A DNA stretch of 32,000 nucleotides, from NCBI GenBank assembly GCA_964616715.1, contig CAZTRL010000004.1:1-32000 (forward strand). Direction: 5' to 3'. Of the stretch, positions 30,796-32,000 are shown piece after piece; position 1 is the stretch's first letter; every line of letters starts with the position of its first letter. The position numbers and the translations under genes are program-made. The notes beneath the pieces were generated by a model. That model searched no databases, had not been told where the DNA came from, and saw only the letters and a program-made list of their open reading frames with translations. Source of the stretch: an uncultured archaeon. Its GTDB lineage: Archaea; Aenigmatarchaeota; Aenigmatarchaeia; QMZP01; JAFGSV01.

Positions 30796-32000
30796 TCACT
30801 TCTTCCTCTTCCAGAAGAAGAGGCCGAGGGCTATGACCGCTATTGCCACGCCAGCTATCATCGGGGTCAGGTCGGAGGACGACTTCGTCACGTCTATCGG
30901 CACGGTTGCCTTCACCGTCCTGACGTCGCTGCCCTCGACGTACCTCATCTCCACATCGACCAGGTACTTCTTGAGGACGGCGTTGCCGTCGACCGTGAAC
31001 GTGAACACGGCGTCCCCGCTCTCTCCAGGCGCGAGGTTGCCGACGTAGTCGTACACCTCGTCGAATGTGAAGGGCTGGCTCGAATCCCTGAAGACCTTGA
31101 CGCTGACGCTGTTCGCGTCATCCTCGCCGTTGTTTATCAGCCTTACCCGCAGCTCATCCGAGCTTCCCTGCGCTATCTCGGAGGGGCTGACGACCTCGCC
31201 GCCCTTCACGATGTAGCCGGTGAAGCTTCCCGATGACGTCCCGGTGCCTGCCAGCACCTCCTCGACCGCGAGGTTGGGAGAGGGCTTGACCCTTATCTCA
31301 ACGGGGATGTCGTTCGTCAGGTAATCGTTGACGTTGTTGTTGTCGCTCTTGTACTTCACCCGCAGGGTGGCGTCGTGGGCGCCGGCGGAAACGCCGTCAG
31401 CAACGTCTATGTAGAATACGGCGTTCTTGACTGAATCCTTGTCGATTGCGCCGATGTTGAACATGTCGGAATAGCTGCTGCTCGCGGAGAAGCCCTCCGG
31501 GAGGATGAGCTCGGCCGTGACCAGCTTCGCCGGACCGTCCCCTATGTTCTGCAGCTCCACTGACAGCTTCACGCTGTCGTCTCCCGCGTGTATCTCGGCG
31601 GGCGCCGATGTCATTGTCCCGGCGGCGAAGGCCGGGCTCATGGACTCGACGCTCACGGTGAGCTTCCTCGTCACGGAAAGCTCCCTATTGCCCCCGGCGG
31701 TGCACTCAAGCTTGAGTTCGTTGTCGCCGTTGACGGCCGCCGAGTCCACCCTCACCTTGTACTCCAGGAGCGCGTCGTCGTTGCCCCTAAGGGTCCCGAT
31801 GTCCCTTACCGGATCCTCATTAGGGTCAAGGGAGAACGGATACTCCGGCACGAGGGTGCAGGAGACGTTCTCGGCGTCGTAGAGGCCGTAGTTCTGGACG
31901 TTTATGTAAAGCTTGAAATACTCTCCCGCGGGCGCCGGCGAGGGGTCGTACTTGAGCTGCGAGACCATCAGGGCGGGCATGTTAACGAGCTCCTGGGCAG
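30796..32000 (-). CDS. Surface protein with three CARDB/COG1361-like (S-layer domain) repeats and a C-terminal TM anchor; the 5' end is probably outside the window
   Basis: Three beta-sandwich-type repeats of about 110 aa (e.g. LKYDPSPAPAGEYFKLYINVQNYGLYDAENVSCTL). The C-terminus is LTPMIAGVAIAVIALGLFFWKRKK. The frame stays open from 31980 to the window edge, and the ATG at 31980 would give no signal peptide. Confidence 0.7.
   Translation of the reverse strand, partial: AQELVNMPALMVSQLKYDPSPAPAGEYFKLYINVQNYGLYDAENVSCTLVPEYPFSLDPNEDPVRDIGTLRGNDDALLEYKVRVDSAAVNGDNELKLECTAGGNRELSVTRKLTVSVESMSPAFAAGTMTSAPAEIHAGDDSVKLSVELQNIGDGPAKLVTAELILPEGFSASSSYSDMFNIGAIDKDSVKNAVFYIDVADGVSAGAHDATLRVKYKSDNNNVNDYLTNDIPVEIRVKPSPNLAVEEVLAGTGTSSGSFTGYIVKGGEVVSPSEIAQGSSDELRVRLINNGEDDANSVSVKVFRDSSQPFTFDEVYDYVGNLAPGESGDAVFTFTVDGNAVLKKYLVDVEMRYVEGSDVRTVKATVPIDVTKSSSDLTPMIAGVAIAVIALGLFFWKRKK

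Noticed and set aside
1-32000. CRISPR arrays, IS elements/transposases, integrases, prophage or toxin-antitoxin/defence gene sets
   Set aside because: I saw no regularly spaced direct repeats and no ORF with transposase, integrase, nuclease-NTPase or other defence-type motifs. Every ORF over 200 aa is assignable to a housekeeping or transport family.

Overview
Gene-dense (about 90% coding) chromosomal segment of an archaeon. Evidence for the domain: an MCM helicase, ribosomal protein S6e, A/T-rich TATA boxes about 20-35 nt upstream of many start codons, GGAGGTGA-type Shine-Dalgarno sites inside operons, and GC-rich DNA with strong AGG/AGA-Arg and ATA-Ile codon preference. I can support 42 protein-coding genes (two running off the window edges) and one tRNA-Val(GAC). 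The blocks are: (i) a secreted protein, a radical-SAM enzyme, an FKBP PPIase and a DEAD-box helicase. (ii) A sulfhydrogenase-like (group 3b-type) NiFe hydrogenase operon hydBGDA, flanked by hypA and two maturation endopeptidases. (iii) An arsR-iscS-iscU operon followed by three small Cys-containing proteins. (iv) metA, MCM and an EamA transporter. (v) A pyrD-HAD-pyrK-pyrC operon. (vi) tRNA-Val, a low-GC ORFan and argS. (vii) Small membrane and secreted proteins, rps6e, a rhomboid-Ham1 pair and an RDD protein. (viii) An HAE3/RND-type exporter encoded as two half-genes behind a COG1361-like surface protein. I saw no CRISPR array, transposase, integrase, prophage or recognisable defence system, so the window reads mostly as core genome. 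The best candidates for undescribed biology are modest: the Cys-tailed ArsR regulator with twin palindromes controlling iscSU, the three-gene Cys-protein tail on that operon, and the surface-protein/split-exporter module. All functional calls rest on motif recognition by eye. No database searches were run, and several start codons were re-assigned from the ORF track, which also accepts GTG/TTG starts.
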